Notes: generated by a model not told the origin, from the letters alone. 64,000 nt of DNA from an uncultured delta proteobacterium (GCA_963737265.1 CAVTRY010000023.1:352001-416000); one strand, 5' to 3'. Counted from the stretch's first letter, positions 52,962 through 63,724 are shown. Numbers and translations are program-made.

Positions 52962-54788
52962 TCATCCCCCAAAGGTGAAAGCATAGGCGGCCACATCTTT
53001 ACCACGAATCTTGAGCGCCACCTCGTGCTCGCCATAGGGACCGGAATAGAGGTTGTACAGATCGTGACGATCGACGGTGATGGGCTTGCTCGCCTTGCCG
53101 TCCACGGCGACGTCGACCACAACCGGCTTGGCGCCTTTCTCGATTCCGAGCACTAGATTCACCTCGCCAGCCAACGCATGGTAGCGAATCTCGCCGCCGC
53201 CTGAGCGTAGCACCTGGCGTTCGTCGTCCACCAGCTGCCATTCTCCGCCAAGAGCGAAGCGGTCGGACGGCAGTAGCGTGGGCGCGGCGTACTTGTGGCG
53301 GCGCCCATCCGGCGCGCCCGCGCTGTTGGCAAAGGCCGTCCAGCCGCGCGAGCTGAGATAGGTCTCGGGGGAAATCCGAGCCTCTTGCGCTTCGCTAGGC
53401 TCGCCGGCACTGGCGGGAGCGCCGCCTGTTGCACGCCCCAGCTCTGCAAGCAAGCTGCGAACCGCGAGGTCGGTCGCTTCGGCCTCTCCGTCGCCGAAAT
53501 GGGTGTAGCGAATCACGCCCTGGGCGTCGATGAGATAGCTGGCCGGCCAATAGCGATTGTCGAAAGCCCGCCACGTGGCGAAATCGTTGTCCTGCGCGAT
53601 GGGATAGCCAAGACCGTGGTGTTTGATTGCCGCGGCGACATTGTCCGGATTCTTCTCGAAGGTGAATTCGGGGGAATGCACGCCAACAATCACAAAGGGC
53701 AAGTCCTTGTACTGCGCCCACAGCTTCGTTAGATGCGGCAGCGTCCGCACGCAATTGACGCAGCTGTAGGTCCAAAAATCGACGAGCACGACCTTGCCCC
53801 GCAGCGACGCCAGGCTGAGCGGAGCCGAGTTGTACCAGGGGCCGAGGCCGGACAGCTCCGGTGCGGGAGCGAGCTTCGGCAGTACGGGTAACTCAGTATT
53901 GGGTCTCGAAGCTGGCGGCGGCTTCCTGTCCGCCTGCGATGCCGCCATGGCCTTGCCGAACAGCCGTTCCTCGATGGCTGAACCGGCATTTCCCAAATTG
54001 GTGTGGTCGCCAAGCCAGGTCTGCAGACCAAGAAACCACTGAAACTGAAATGCCGCCGCCGAAAGCACGAGCAGCGCGCCGGAGACTTGCTTGATTCGTC
54101 CGCTGTAGCGGGCAAAACCGCGCGCGGCGCGCGCCATGCTCTGGCCGCCGTAGCCAATGACCAGCAACGGCAGGGCCGCGCCGGCGGCATACGCGGTCAG
54201 GGCCAGGAATGCCCGCGCACCAGGTTCATCGCGCACGAGGGTCAGGGCAAAGCCAAGCGCCGGCCCGGCACAGGGCACCCATACGAGACCCAGCGTCAAC
54301 CCAACGACAAGGGCGGAAAGCAACGACTCGCGGCCCAATCCCGTCGCCGCATCTTCTTGGACGTTGGCGCCGACCTGCTGTATGCGCGCCGCCACGCGGC
54401 CGCCGAGCGCCACCGCAGCCGCGCCCAAGAGCGCAGCGCTCACCAACACCAGCCAGCCCTGTCCCCAGAAGAAGGGCACGGCCCCCACAATCGCCAGCGC
54501 GATTTGCAGCCGAAAGCGCGTGGTTAGAAAGCAAAGGCCGCACAACAGCAGCGCGTAATAGGTGCCGATGCGAATGAGATCGGCCAAGTGGACGAGCTGG
54601 CGCAAAAGAATCTGCAAGGCAAAGGTGAACACCACGAAGCTCACCACCATGCCGGCCGACGTAACAAGCGGGCGCCATTTACTCCGGCCCGACAGGCTCA
54701 CGCCCAGCACGATGGGTACCAGGGGAAGAATACACGGCAAAAGAATGGTCAGCACGCCCGCCGCGAACAGCGTCAGTAGTGTCGTCAT
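52962..54788 (-). CDS. dipZ: DipZ-type CcdA/thioredoxin fusion
   Basis: LPCILP and VPCAGP CcdA cysteines, DFWTYSCVNC, GVHSPEF, SPETY, YAFTFG. Confidence 0.9.
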   Translation of the reverse strand: MTTLLTLFAAGVLTILLPCILPLVPIVLGVSLSGRSKWRPLVTSAGMVVSFVVFTFALQILLRQLVHLADLIRIGTYYALLLCGLCFLTTRFRLQIALAIVGAVPFFWGQGWLVLVSAALLGAAAVALGGRVAARIQQVGANVQEDAATGLGRESLLSALVVGLTLGLVWVPCAGPALGFALTLVRDEPGARAFLALTAYAAGAALPLLVIGYGGQSMARAARGFARYSGRIKQVSGALLVLSAAAFQFQWFLGLQTWLGDHTNLGNAGSAIEERLFGKAMAASQADRKPPPASRPNTELPVLPKLAPAPELSGLGPWYNSAPLSLASLRGKVVLVDFWTYSCVNCVRTLPHLTKLWAQYKDLPFVIVGVHSPEFTFEKNPDNVAAAIKHHGLGYPIAQDNDFATWRAFDNRYWPASYLIDAQGVIRYTHFGDGEAEATDLAVRSLLAELGRATGGAPASAGEPSEAQEARISPETYLSSRGWTAFANSAGAPDGRRHKYAAPTLLPSDRFALGGEWQLVDDERQVLRSGGGEIRYHALAGEVNLVLGIEKGAKPVVVDVAVDGKASKPITVDRHDLYNLYSGPYGEHEVALKIRGKDVAAYAFTFGG

Positions 54789-54802
54789 GGCCTCCTCCTT
54801 CC

Positions 54803-55876
54803 TCAGTCGCGCAGGTAGTGACAGGTGTATCCGTCGGGGTGCTTTTGCAAATAGTCCTGGTGGTAGTCCTCGGCTGGATAAAACGCCGAGGCGGGCACGA
54901 TTTGCGTGACCACTTTGGCCGGCCACTTGCCCGAGTGATCCACCTCGGCCTTCACGCGCTCGGCAACCTGGCGCTGTTCTTCATTGTGAAAGAAAATCGC
55001 CGACCGATATTGCGTTCCGATGTCGTTGCCCTGGCGATTGGGCGTCGTCGGATCGTGCAGGCGGAAGAAGTAGCGCAGAATGCTTTCGTAGGAAATCACC
55101 TTGGGATCGAAGGTGATTTGCACTGCCTCGGCATGACCCGTGCGACCGGTATGCACTTGTTCATAGCCTGGATTGTCAGTCGTCCCGCCGGTGTAGCCCA
55201 CGATGCTGGAAAGCACGCCGGGCAACTTACGTATCAGTTCCTGAACGCCCCAAAAGCAGCCTCCCGACAGGGTCGCCAGCGCCTTGGCGCTGTTGCTCGG
55301 GATCGTTGCCGCGGGCGCCTTCACTCCGAGCAGCGGCAAATACCGGCCGTACCCAGCCTCCGCCATCTGTTCCACCGGGACGAAGCGCATGGCCGCCGAA
55401 TTCATGCAATAGCGTTTTCCCGTGGGCGGTGGCCCGTCGTCGAAGACGTGGCCGAGGTGCGAGTCCGCGTGCCGCGACCGCACCTCGACGCGCGATTCAA
55501 ACAGCGAATTGTCGGACTTGGTCACCACGTTGCCGGGTTCGAGCGGCCGGGTGAAGCTGGGCCAGCCAGTCCCGGATTCGTACTTATCCTTGGAAAGGAA
55601 CAACGCTTCGCCCGAGACCACGTCCACATAGATACCGTCGCGATGGTTGTTCCAATACTCATTGTGAAAGGGCGGCTCCGTGCCGCTTTCCTGCGTCACC
55701 TCGTACTGCAGCGGCGAAAGTTGCTTGAGGCGCGCCGCCTTGTCCGGCATCGGCGCGGCGCTGGCCTGCTGCGGTTGTGTCTTTCCCTTGGCGGACGCGC
55801 CGAACAATGCCGCCACGCCGCCAGCGCCAACGGCCACCACGATTGCAATACGAGCCACAAGCTTCGCGTTTTTCAT
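54803..55876 (-). CDS. msrAB: exported bifunctional methionine sulfoxide reductase MsrB-MsrA
   Basis: Signal peptide, GWPSF, HLGHVF, RYCMNS (MsrB); [24 protein letters not shown] (MsrA). Confidence 0.95.
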   Translation of the reverse strand: MKNAKLVARIAIVVAVGAGGVAALFGASAKGKTQPQQASAAPMPDKAARLKQLSPLQYEVTQESGTEPPFHNEYWNNHRDGIYVDVVSGEALFLSKDKYESGTGWPSFTRPLEPGNVVTKSDNSLFESRVEVRSRHADSHLGHVFDDGPPPTGKRYCMNSAAMRFVPVEQMAEAGYGRYLPLLGVKAPAATIPSNSAKALATLSGGCFWGVQELIRKLPGVLSSIVGYTGGTTDNPGYEQVHTGRTGHAEAVQITFDPKVISYESILRYFFRLHDPTTPNRQGNDIGTQYRSAIFFHNEEQRQVAERVKAEVDHSGKWPAKVVTQIVPASAFYPAEDYHQDYLQKHPDGYTCHYLRD

Positions 55877-55950
55877 CGATCTCTCCTTGTTGGATGCCGG
55901 TGACGCGAGATCGTCGAGTCACGGGCCGCGAGAATCATCGTTCCAATGGA

Positions 55951-55978
55951 GATACGCGCGGCAGAGCGGAAAGGTTAC
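55951..55978 (-). promoter_or_regulatory. putative ECF-sigma promoter for msrBA-dipZ
   Basis: GTAACC-16-CGTATC, matching the AAC/CGT ECF pattern. Confidence 0.45.
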
Positions 55979-56818
55979 CGAGCTGGCGGCAAACGGCGTG
56001 AGCGCCGAGCTATTGGATCGCCTACGGGAACTGGCCGGCGGCCACCAGCAGATCCAGGCGAGCCTGGCGGACGGTGTCTTCGGCGATAACGACGGCGCTG
56101 TCGGCATCGCGCGCCCGGCGCTCGGCATCGATGACTTCGATGTTGGTGGTGGCGCCGGCGTGATAGGCGATGTTGGCCAAGTCCAACGCTTGATGGGCGA
56201 GCTCGGCGGCGGCGTTGGACGAACGCATGGCTTCGTCGGCGCGGCGGATCTCCTCCACGGCGACGCGAATATCGGAGCGCGTCTGTCGCAAAATGCCGTC
56301 GTACTGGGCGCGCACTTCGGCGAGCAGGGCCGCGCGTTCGCGCGACTGCCCAACGCGAATCCCACCCTCCATGATGGGAAAGCTGAGCACCAAGAACGCC
56401 TGCCAACCGGTTTCGGGCATGGTGAGGGTTGCCGGGTGCTGAAAGAAGGGCTGGAACTGCCCACTGAGCACGGGCATGAAATCGGTCCAACTGTCCTGAC
56501 GGACTTTTTCGGCGGTGAGGGCACGCGCCTTGGAGGCCTGGACGTCCTGGCGGCGAGCCGCGGCGTCGTCGGCGTTCGTGCTGCCGTCGGGCAGGCTTAC
56601 GTCGTCGAAGGTATCCACGGGTTTGTCTTCGCCGAGCAGAACGCCGAGCGCCTCGCGCGCCCGTGCGAGGGCGGTGAAGCTGGCGGAAAGCAGTGATTGG
56701 TCGGAGGCGAGCTGCTGCGCGGCCCGCACCTCGTCGACGCGATTGCCGACGCCGCCGGCGAAACGCGTGTGGGTATAGTCGTAGTGCGAGCGATCGTTGG
56801 CCACCGAACGCGCATTGA

Positions 56819-58600
56819 GGGTGGGTTGCACGGGTCCGGGTTTCATGACTGGGCGGCCTGGGCTTGGGTGTGAGGCCAGAGGGCGAGCCAGGCCCCCGGG
56901 TTGTAGAAGGCAACCCTGAGCGCGACCATGGCTTCAAGGCCGACCTCGCTCCAGAGCATGCCGCCTTGCTTGCAGCGCCGGCCGACGAGGCGCTTGTTGG
57001 TGCTTTCGATGGCGGCACTGGCCAGCGGATAGCCGGCAGCGTGGTATGCGGGGTAGTCCATCATGTGCTTGTGGCGGCTCAGGTAGCCGGTCAAGTCGTC
57101 GAGGGCTTTGACCGCTTGGCTGCCGGTGGAACGCTGCCGCTCTTGGGCGAGGCCCGAGAGCACCTGGTCGACCTTGCCGTCCATGATGGCCTCGGTACGT
57201 GGCAAGACCCAAGATGGCACTGCTTTCTTGTCCGGCACGACCTTGTGACCTGCCTCCCAGACATGCTGCTTGGCGTGCTGGCAGTCGAGGATGCCAAGCA
57301 ACGGCTGGTCGCAGAAGATCTCGTCGCTGTGCTCGATGAAGTAAGCGCCACCGTCGGAGACACGGACTACCTTCTGGCGAGACAGCACGCCCTGGGTCGT
57401 GGCGGCGGCGTGCAGCTTGTGCCAAAAGCCGTCTCGGTCGTTGAGTGTTGCGACGTAGCGCCGGTCCAGCAAGACGCCTCGGCCGGGGCTCTCCTCGCAG
57501 GCGTGTTCCCCGAGGTAGGTCAGTCCCATGCACACCTCGCGGCCGGCGACCCGTGGTGAGCGCCCGGTGGGCCCCATGGGCGAGCCAGCGACCTCGGACA
57601 GGGTACTCGGCGCCTGATGGCGAAGGGCACGTTCGCCGGTCTCGCTGACCGCTGCCGACTGTGTGGCGTTCGGGACCGCAGACGGCGCCTTCGCCTCGTC
57701 GGTCGCTTTGCGCCGTGGCTCTTGTCCTGGTTTCCAGGTCAGGACGTGAACACCGTCAACCTCGATCACGCCGAAGCCCTCTGTACGCTTGGGCGCACAC
57801 AGGTCACCGCGAGCCTGGGCGTGCACCTGTTGGTCGTACTTGCTCCAATGGGCTTCGGCATCGGCCTGGGCGGCCTGGGCGGCACGCGTTCCATCTTCGG
57901 TCACCCATCGCTTGGCGGTGCTCCCGTCGGGAGCCACGGCCCACAGGTAACGGAGTTCCTCGACGGCCTCGTCGAAGCTGCCCATCCGGCAGGCCAGCCT
58001 TTCGGTCGCCTCGCGCACATCGTCGGCGTATTCGCCCGCAGGAAGGCCCCAAGCCTCGTCAAAGGCAAACCAGCTGCGGCCGCAAACACACTCGTTGCGT
58101 CGACGATCGGCTTCCACCCGACCGAATCTCGCCACGAACGTCGTTCTCTCAAATCCTCTGGATTTGGCTTGCTTTCCACAGGTGCAGACTTGTCCAGGTC
58201 CATGAGCCCGCGCGGCCTGTTGGATGACCAGTTCCATGGCTCTTCGGCCCACAGTCGACAACGTCGTCGCCAGCGCAGCCCCCAGCGTCGCCACGGACAT
58301 GCCATCGCCGCGCAGCGCTTGTTGTTCGAGCTCGTTCAATTTCTGGACGAGCGGTTCCAGAGCCTGCAAAGTCAATCCTGCGACATTGGGTCGTCTCATG
58401 GCGGTGCCTCCTTCTTGGATAGCTGAAGGCATCGCCATGAATCTCCTTCCTACGCAAATTCCTTCCATTTTGGGAACCACGCCAGGGCCCGTTTTCCGAG
58501 CGCGCCACCCACCAACTCGCCCTCGAATCAACGTCCCGTAGCGCGCTCGGAAAACGGGCCCTTCAGCCGCCACCAGAACCCGGGCCCGTGCAACCCACCC
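56819..58600 (-). mobile_element. 1782-bp insertion sequence, ISKra4/ISLre2-like (Mutator-type DDE)
   Basis: 24-bp TIRs GGGTGGGTTGCACGGG(T/C)CCGGGTT at 56819-56842 and 58577-58600 (1 mismatch); 9-bp TSD GCGCATTGA at 56810-56818 and 58601-58609. Confidence 0.93.
56843..58399 (-). CDS. DDE transposase
   Basis: Zn-ribbon-like CTC...CVC, EVDG, SDGG, LDCQHA, SAAIES...RCKQGGMLW; GGAGG RBS; alternative in-frame ATG at 58438. Confidence 0.9.
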   Translation of the reverse strand: MRRPNVAGLTLQALEPLVQKLNELEQQALRGDGMSVATLGAALATTLSTVGRRAMELVIQQAARAHGPGQVCTCGKQAKSRGFERTTFVARFGRVEADRRRNECVCGRSWFAFDEAWGLPAGEYADDVREATERLACRMGSFDEAVEELRYLWAVAPDGSTAKRWVTEDGTRAAQAAQADAEAHWSKYDQQVHAQARGDLCAPKRTEGFGVIEVDGVHVLTWKPGQEPRRKATDEAKAPSAVPNATQSAAVSETGERALRHQAPSTLSEVAGSPMGPTGRSPRVAGREVCMGLTYLGEHACEESPGRGVLLDRRYVATLNDRDGFWHKLHAAATTQGVLSRQKVVRVSDGGAYFIEHSDEIFCDQPLLGILDCQHAKQHVWEAGHKVVPDKKAVPSWVLPRTEAIMDGKVDQVLSGLAQERQRSTGSQAVKALDDLTGYLSRHKHMMDYPAYHAAGYPLASAAIESTNKRLVGRRCKQGGMLWSEVGLEAMVALRVAFYNPGAWLALWPHTQAQAAQS

Positions 58601-59139
58601 GCGCATTGATGTCGACTTGGCGCTTGAGAGAAATGATGGCCAAATAGGCGCGCGCCGTGGTGACGGCCAGCGTACGGCGAGTGTCTTCGCTGCCGGCCGC
58701 GGTGGCGTCGAGATTCGCGGAGGCCTCCGACCATTGCGTCCAGGAACGAGGCGCGACCAGGGGAACGTTGACCAGGAGGTTGCCGGCCTGCTGGTTCTTG
58801 GGGGAAATGGTGCTGCCCTTGTAGATGCGATCCGCATCGAGGCGAGTCAAGATTCCGTTCGCCATGAGCGACGGCATCGAAGCCGCGCGCGCCTCGACGA
58901 GCAACGCCTCGGCACGCTTGATTTCCTGAAAGGCAACCACCGCAGTCGGATTGCGCACGAGCGAACGGCGGACCGCCTCGGTCAGCGAGATCTTCTCATA
59001 CGCGGGCCCCGACTCCGGCTCGACCTGGTTCAGTTTGGGCATGGGCGGCATGGGCGGCACGCTTTCCGCCGACACGCGACCGGTCGATAACCAAGAAAAT
59101 GCCAATCCAACCAACAGCGAAATTCGCATCGCGCACCGA

Positions 59140-62100
59140 CTACGCATGCACGCGCTCCTCGTTCGCATCGTCTTCATCGGGGGCCGAGCGCTTGGCGAAA
59201 CGATCGAGCAGGGTGTAGAGCGCCGGCACCAGGAACAACGTAAAGAAGGTCGAAACCATGAGCCCGCCGATGACGGCACGGGCGAGCGGCAGGTTGGTTT
59301 CGCTGCCTTCACCGATGCCGAGAGCCATGGGGATGAGACCAAGAATGGTGGCGATGGTGGTCATCAAGATCGGGCGGAGGCGCGTGCGCCCCGCCTCGAC
59401 GGTGGCCTCGGCGATGCCCTTGCCGCGCCCGCGCAGCACGTTGGCGAAGTCGACCAGGAGCACGCCGTTCGACACCACGATGCCCACCATCATGATGATG
59501 CCCATGAAGCTGTTCACGCTAAGCTTGGTGCCGGTGAGAAACAGCATGATAAACACGCCGGAAACCCCGAGCGGCACGCTGAACATGATGACCAGCGGAT
59601 CGATGAGCGACTTGAACTGGCTGGCAAGCACCATGTAGACCAGCGCCAGCGCCATGATGGCCGCAAAGATCAGGCCCTGGAAGGCCTTCTTCTGCTCCAG
59701 GGTCTGACCGCCGAGGGTCGCAGAGAAGCCATCCGGTGGCTGCAGCTCATTCACGACGTTCTGGACGGCATCGCTGGCCGCGCCCAGATCCGAATCCGGT
59801 GCTATGTTGGCCGTGACGTGGACGATGCGCTGCAAATACTTGCGGTCGATCATGACCGGGCCGCTGCGCCGTTCGATCTTCGCCAAGCTGTCCACGTTCA
59901 CGATGCCATTGGCCGGCGTGCGCACGAACAGGTCGCCGAGATCGCCCACGTGTCCGCGGTTGTTGTCGTCCATCCTGACATTGATGTAGTACTCGTTGCC
60001 GGTCTTGGGATCGGTGTAGGGCACGGGCGTAATCTGGGTGTTGCCAAGCAGGCTGATGAGGATGGTCTGCGCCAGATCCTGTTCGGAAACGCCGAGCATG
60101 CCCGCCTTTTCCCGATCGACGTCCACGTCGAACTCGGGGCTGTTTTCCTCGCGCGAGGATTGAATGTCGACCACCAAAGGCCGGCCCTTGGAATCGGTCA
60201 GGGTGCGCATCTTGTCCATGAGCTCCTTGCCGTAGTTCGAGCCGGCCTCGAAGTCGTAACCCAGGACCTCGACGTCGATGGGCGCGGTGGCGCCGAAATT
60301 CTGGATGCGCTTGACGATGCCGCCGATGAAGAAGAAGACCTGCGTGCCGGGCACGGCATCCTTGAGCGCGGCGCGGACCTTCTCGGCCGCCGTCACGTCG
60401 GAGACCGGACGCTCCATGCGCGGCACCAGATTCACCTGCAAGTTGGCCGAGTGGGTGCCGGTGTTGGTGCTGAAGATTGCGGTTCGACCGAGGGGCAGAC
60501 CGGTATCGGAAAGAATGGTGGTGTAGAGCGGCGTCTCCTTGCCACCGCTGCGAACGGGCGCAAGCTGGTCCTGAATGATCTTTTCGATCCGCTGCGTGAC
60601 CTGCTCGGTGCGCTCCACGCGGGTGCCGATGGGCGTCTTGTAGCTGACGGTAAACTGCGATTCGTCAGTCTCGGGAAAGAACTCCGTGCCGATGAAGCGT
60701 TTGATGAAAAGGCTGCTGAAGAAGAAAGCGATGATGGCGACGATAGTGATAGCCCGGTGGGAGAGCACCCAGCGCAGCGAGCCGGCGTAGGCCGCGTCGA
60801 GGCGGTCGAAGAAACCGGTAACCGCCGCGGCAATGCCCTTGGGCTTGTGCTCATGCGTGCCCTCTTTCAGCCAGTAATAACAAAGCAGAGGCGTCACCGT
60901 TCGCGAGACCCAGAAGCTCATGGTGAGAGCGAACGCGATGGTAAGCGCCAGCGGCAAGAACAGGTAGCGCGCGATGCCCGACATGAACAGCACGGGAAAA
61001 AACACCACGATGGTGGTGATGGTCGACACCAGGATGGGCATGGCCACTTCCTGCGCGGCCAGCAGAACCGCCTGTTTGCGATTCTGCCCGGAGGCCAAAT
61101 GGCGATGGATGTTTTCCAGCTCGACGATGGAGTCGTCGACCAAGCGGCCGACGCCGAGGGCGAGACCACCCAGGGTAAAGACGTTCAAGGTTTGGTTGGT
61201 GAAGAAGAGCAACATGAACGTGGCCACGATGGAAAGCGGGATGGCCACGCCGATGATGGCGGTGGCCCTGATGTTCATCAGGAAGATGAGGATGACGAGA
61301 ATGGCGAGCAGACCGCCCTGGATGGCTTCGTGCTGCAAAGCCGACATGGCCGAGCGGATGTAGCTCGATTGGTCGAAGGAGATGTTGAGCTGCACGTTGG
61401 CGGGGACCGAGCGCAGCTTGGGAATCGCGGCCGTGACCGCATCGACCGTGGCGATGGTGTTGGCGCCGGGTTGTTTGAGCACCCGCAGGTAGACGCCGCG
61501 CTGGCCGTTGACGCGCACGATCTCTGTTTGGTCGGCGGTCAGATCCTCGACCGCGGCGACGTCGGAAATTCGCACCACGCCCTGGGCCTGGCCGGGCGCC
61601 GCGGCGGTGGAGCGGACCACCACCCGGCGCAGCGGTGCCACGTCGGGAACCTGGGTGTTGGTGAATACGTTGTAGTCGCGGTCGCCGGCGCGCAGGCTGC
61701 CGCTCGGCAAGAGCAGATTGGAGGTGCGCACGGAATTGAAGAGATCGAGGATACCGACCCCGCGCGAGCGCATGGCGTTCTGGTTGGCCATGACCTCTAT
61801 TTCGCGCACCTTGCCGCCACCGACGGAAGCGCTGGCCACGCCGGAAATGCGTTCGAGCTGGGGCTCGATGGTGTTGTAGGCCAGGTCGTAGAGCTGCTTT
61901 TCGTCGAGCGAGTCGCTCGACACCGCCACGGCGAGAATGGGGATGTTGGTGATGTCGAACTTGAGCACGAAGGGCTGCTGAATTCCCGGCGGTAAGGTGT
62001 TGAGGATTTGGGCGATCCGCTGCGACACCTCGAACTGGGCGTTGTCGAGGTTGGTGCCGTAGTTGAACCACACGCTGATGAGCGAAACGCCCTGCTTCGA

Positions 62101-62349
62101 CGAGCTTTCGACCCGATCCACGCCCGGCGAAGCGCTCACCGCGCGCTCGATGGGCTGGGTGATGGACTTCTCGATGTCGGCTGGACCCGCACCGGTATAA
62201 AAGGTCGCGATGCGGATGACCGGGATGGTGATGTCGGGGAACAAATCCACGGAAAGCCGGTTGAGCGACACCACGCCCAGCACGATGAGCATGAGCGACA
62301 GCATCAAAATGAAGACGGGATTCTTGAGCGCGAGTCGTGTGAGCCACAT
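59140..62349 (-). CDS. RND efflux permease (AcrB/MdtB-like)
   Basis: LSVDLFPDI, GRLVDDSIVELENI, RLRPILMT, PLARAVIGG. Confidence 0.95.
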   Translation of the reverse strand: MWLTRLALKNPVFILMLSLMLIVLGVVSLNRLSVDLFPDITIPVIRIATFYTGAGPADIEKSITQPIERAVSASPGVDRVESSSKQGVSLISVWFNYGTNLDNAQFEVSQRIAQILNTLPPGIQQPFVLKFDITNIPILAVAVSSDSLDEKQLYDLAYNTIEPQLERISGVASASVGGGKVREIEVMANQNAMRSRGVGILDLFNSVRTSNLLLPSGSLRAGDRDYNVFTNTQVPDVAPLRRVVVRSTAAAPGQAQGVVRISDVAAVEDLTADQTEIVRVNGQRGVYLRVLKQPGANTIATVDAVTAAIPKLRSVPANVQLNISFDQSSYIRSAMSALQHEAIQGGLLAILVILIFLMNIRATAIIGVAIPLSIVATFMLLFFTNQTLNVFTLGGLALGVGRLVDDSIVELENIHRHLASGQNRKQAVLLAAQEVAMPILVSTITTIVVFFPVLFMSGIARYLFLPLALTIAFALTMSFWVSRTVTPLLCYYWLKEGTHEHKPKGIAAAVTGFFDRLDAAYAGSLRWVLSHRAITIVAIIAFFFSSLFIKRFIGTEFFPETDESQFTVSYKTPIGTRVERTEQVTQRIEKIIQDQLAPVRSGGKETPLYTTILSDTGLPLGRTAIFSTNTGTHSANLQVNLVPRMERPVSDVTAAEKVRAALKDAVPGTQVFFFIGGIVKRIQNFGATAPIDVEVLGYDFEAGSNYGKELMDKMRTLTDSKGRPLVVDIQSSREENSPEFDVDVDREKAGMLGVSEQDLAQTILISLLGNTQITPVPYTDPKTGNEYYINVRMDDNNRGHVGDLGDLFVRTPANGIVNVDSLAKIERRSGPVMIDRKYLQRIVHVTANIAPDSDLGAASDAVQNVVNELQPPDGFSATLGGQTLEQKKAFQGLIFAAIMALALVYMVLASQFKSLIDPLVIMFSVPLGVSGVFIMLFLTGTKLSVNSFMGIIMMVGIVVSNGVLLVDFANVLRGRGKGIAEATVEAGRTRLRPILMTTIATILGLIPMALGIGEGSETNLPLARAVIGGLMVSTFFTLFLVPALYTLLDRFAKRSAPDEDDANEERVHA

Positions 62350-62369
62350 GGACGGGTACCGCCTAACGC

Positions 62370-63608
62370 CTAGTTGTGCTTCAAGGAAGATGGCGAAGGT
62401 GGGACGTTGGCGGGCTTCGCCTCGGCCGTCGGTGGCGACGTCGCAGTCGTGCGCGCCCCGCTGTAGGGATTCACATCGCGCGTGACCCGCACCGCGGCGC
62501 CATCAGCCAGACCGTCCGCTCCGGCGATGACCACCTCTTCGCCCGGCACCAGCCCGGAACGAACTTCCAGAAATCCGCCGTCGTCGATCTCGGCGCCGGT
62601 GGTGATAGTCCGCCGTTCCACCTTCGTGTCGTGAAGCACGAACACGTATTTCTGGTTAGACGAAATCTGCACGGCATTGACCGAAACCACGGGCGTGTTG
62701 GCGTGAACTTCGCGCCGGATGGATCCGCGCCCGTACATGCCCGGTCGCAGCTCGCCCGAATCGTTGGCCAACTGAACCTCGGCCTCCAAGGTGCGGGTCA
62801 GCGGATCGAAGGATGGAGCCATGCGCACCACCTTGCCCCAGAAGCTACGGCCCGGCAGGGAATCCAGCTCCACATGAGCATCCATGCCGACCGAGATCCC
62901 CATGGCATCGATTTCGTTCAAGCTGAGAAATACGCGCAATCGATCCATGCGGACCACGGTGATGATGGCGCCGCCGCCGGGCGGGCCGACCAGTGCACCA
63001 GAGTCGAGCCGGCGCGCGGATACGTAACCCGTGATGGGCGAGGTGATGCGCGTTTCGCCGAGCCGAATCGCCAGCCCGGAAATTTGTGCCTGCGCCGAGG
63101 CTTCCGAGGATTCGGCGGATGCCAACGCCGCGCTCGCCGACTGCAATTCCTGCTGGCTGACCACGCCCGAGGGCGCGAGCTTGCTGGCCCGTTCGAAATT
63201 GGTGCGCGCCAGCGCCGCCTGCGCCTTGATCTGCCCGATGCTGCTGCGAGCAGCGGCGAGCTGGTCGGGAAGATCGCTCGGCCGTACCAAGGCGACAATC
63301 TGGCCTTTCTTCACCCGATCCCCGCGCTCAACAAAAATGGCGTCGACGTAGCCCAAGACCTTGGACCCGACGTCGGCCTGTTCGAGCGGACGCAAGTCCA
63401 CGGGAGCTTGGACTTCGACGGGAACGTCGCGCGCGACGACGTTGATGACAACAACCGACGGCGCAAGACGGCCCTTGCCGGCGGCGGAGGATTCGGCCCG
63501 GGAACACGCCGCGAAATTCGCCGCGATGAGGACGACGACCAGACCAAGCTCGCGCGCGGGGATCGTCGAAGACGCGCCCGAGAACTTCCGAGAGAAGCAC
63601 GACATCAT
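62370..63608 (-). CDS. RND efflux membrane fusion (periplasmic adaptor) protein
   Basis: GDRVKKGQ, ITSPITG, LRPGMYG, GLVPGEEVV; start uncertain. Confidence 0.9.
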   Translation of the reverse strand: MMSCFSRKFSGASSTIPARELGLVVVLIAANFAACSRAESSAAGKGRLAPSVVVINVVARDVPVEVQAPVDLRPLEQADVGSKVLGYVDAIFVERGDRVKKGQIVALVRPSDLPDQLAAARSSIGQIKAQAALARTNFERASKLAPSGVVSQQELQSASAALASAESSEASAQAQISGLAIRLGETRITSPITGYVSARRLDSGALVGPPGGGAIITVVRMDRLRVFLSLNEIDAMGISVGMDAHVELDSLPGRSFWGKVVRMAPSFDPLTRTLEAEVQLANDSGELRPGMYGRGSIRREVHANTPVVSVNAVQISSNQKYVFVLHDTKVERRTITTGAEIDDGGFLEVRSGLVPGEEVVIAGADGLADGAAVRVTRDVNPYSGARTTATSPPTAEAKPANVPPSPSSLKHN

Positions 63609-63724
63609 CGTGCGGCTAGACTTAGTCTCGAACTGCCGCCGGCGCAACAGCCTGTTTCCACCAGGTTGCAGGTTTGGTGCGCAAGTTGACGACACGCGAT
63701 CCGTGCTTCTCTTAGGTATCAGCC

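Larger units (their letters stand above)
56022..59129 (-). pseudogene. TolC-family outer membrane efflux protein interrupted by an IS
   Basis: 5' part 59129-58601 (signal peptide, ISLTEAVRRSL..NP, TARAY) and 3' part 56818-56022 (AGATTNIEVIDAE). Removing the IS and one TSD restores ...VDINARSVANDR in frame. Confidence 0.9.

Noticed and set aside
58439-58837. N-terminal extension of the transposase ORF (56843-58837) as a TolC-transposase fusion
   Set aside because: It crosses the TIR into a non-coding frame of tolC; RBS-backed starts lie inside the IS.
58951-61995. 1014-aa plus-strand ORF, and similar long shadow ORFs (1750-3252, 27474-29258, 38603-39988, 60851-62347)
   Set aside because: Antisense or alternate-frame shadows of clear genes in high-GC DNA, with no recognisable motifs.
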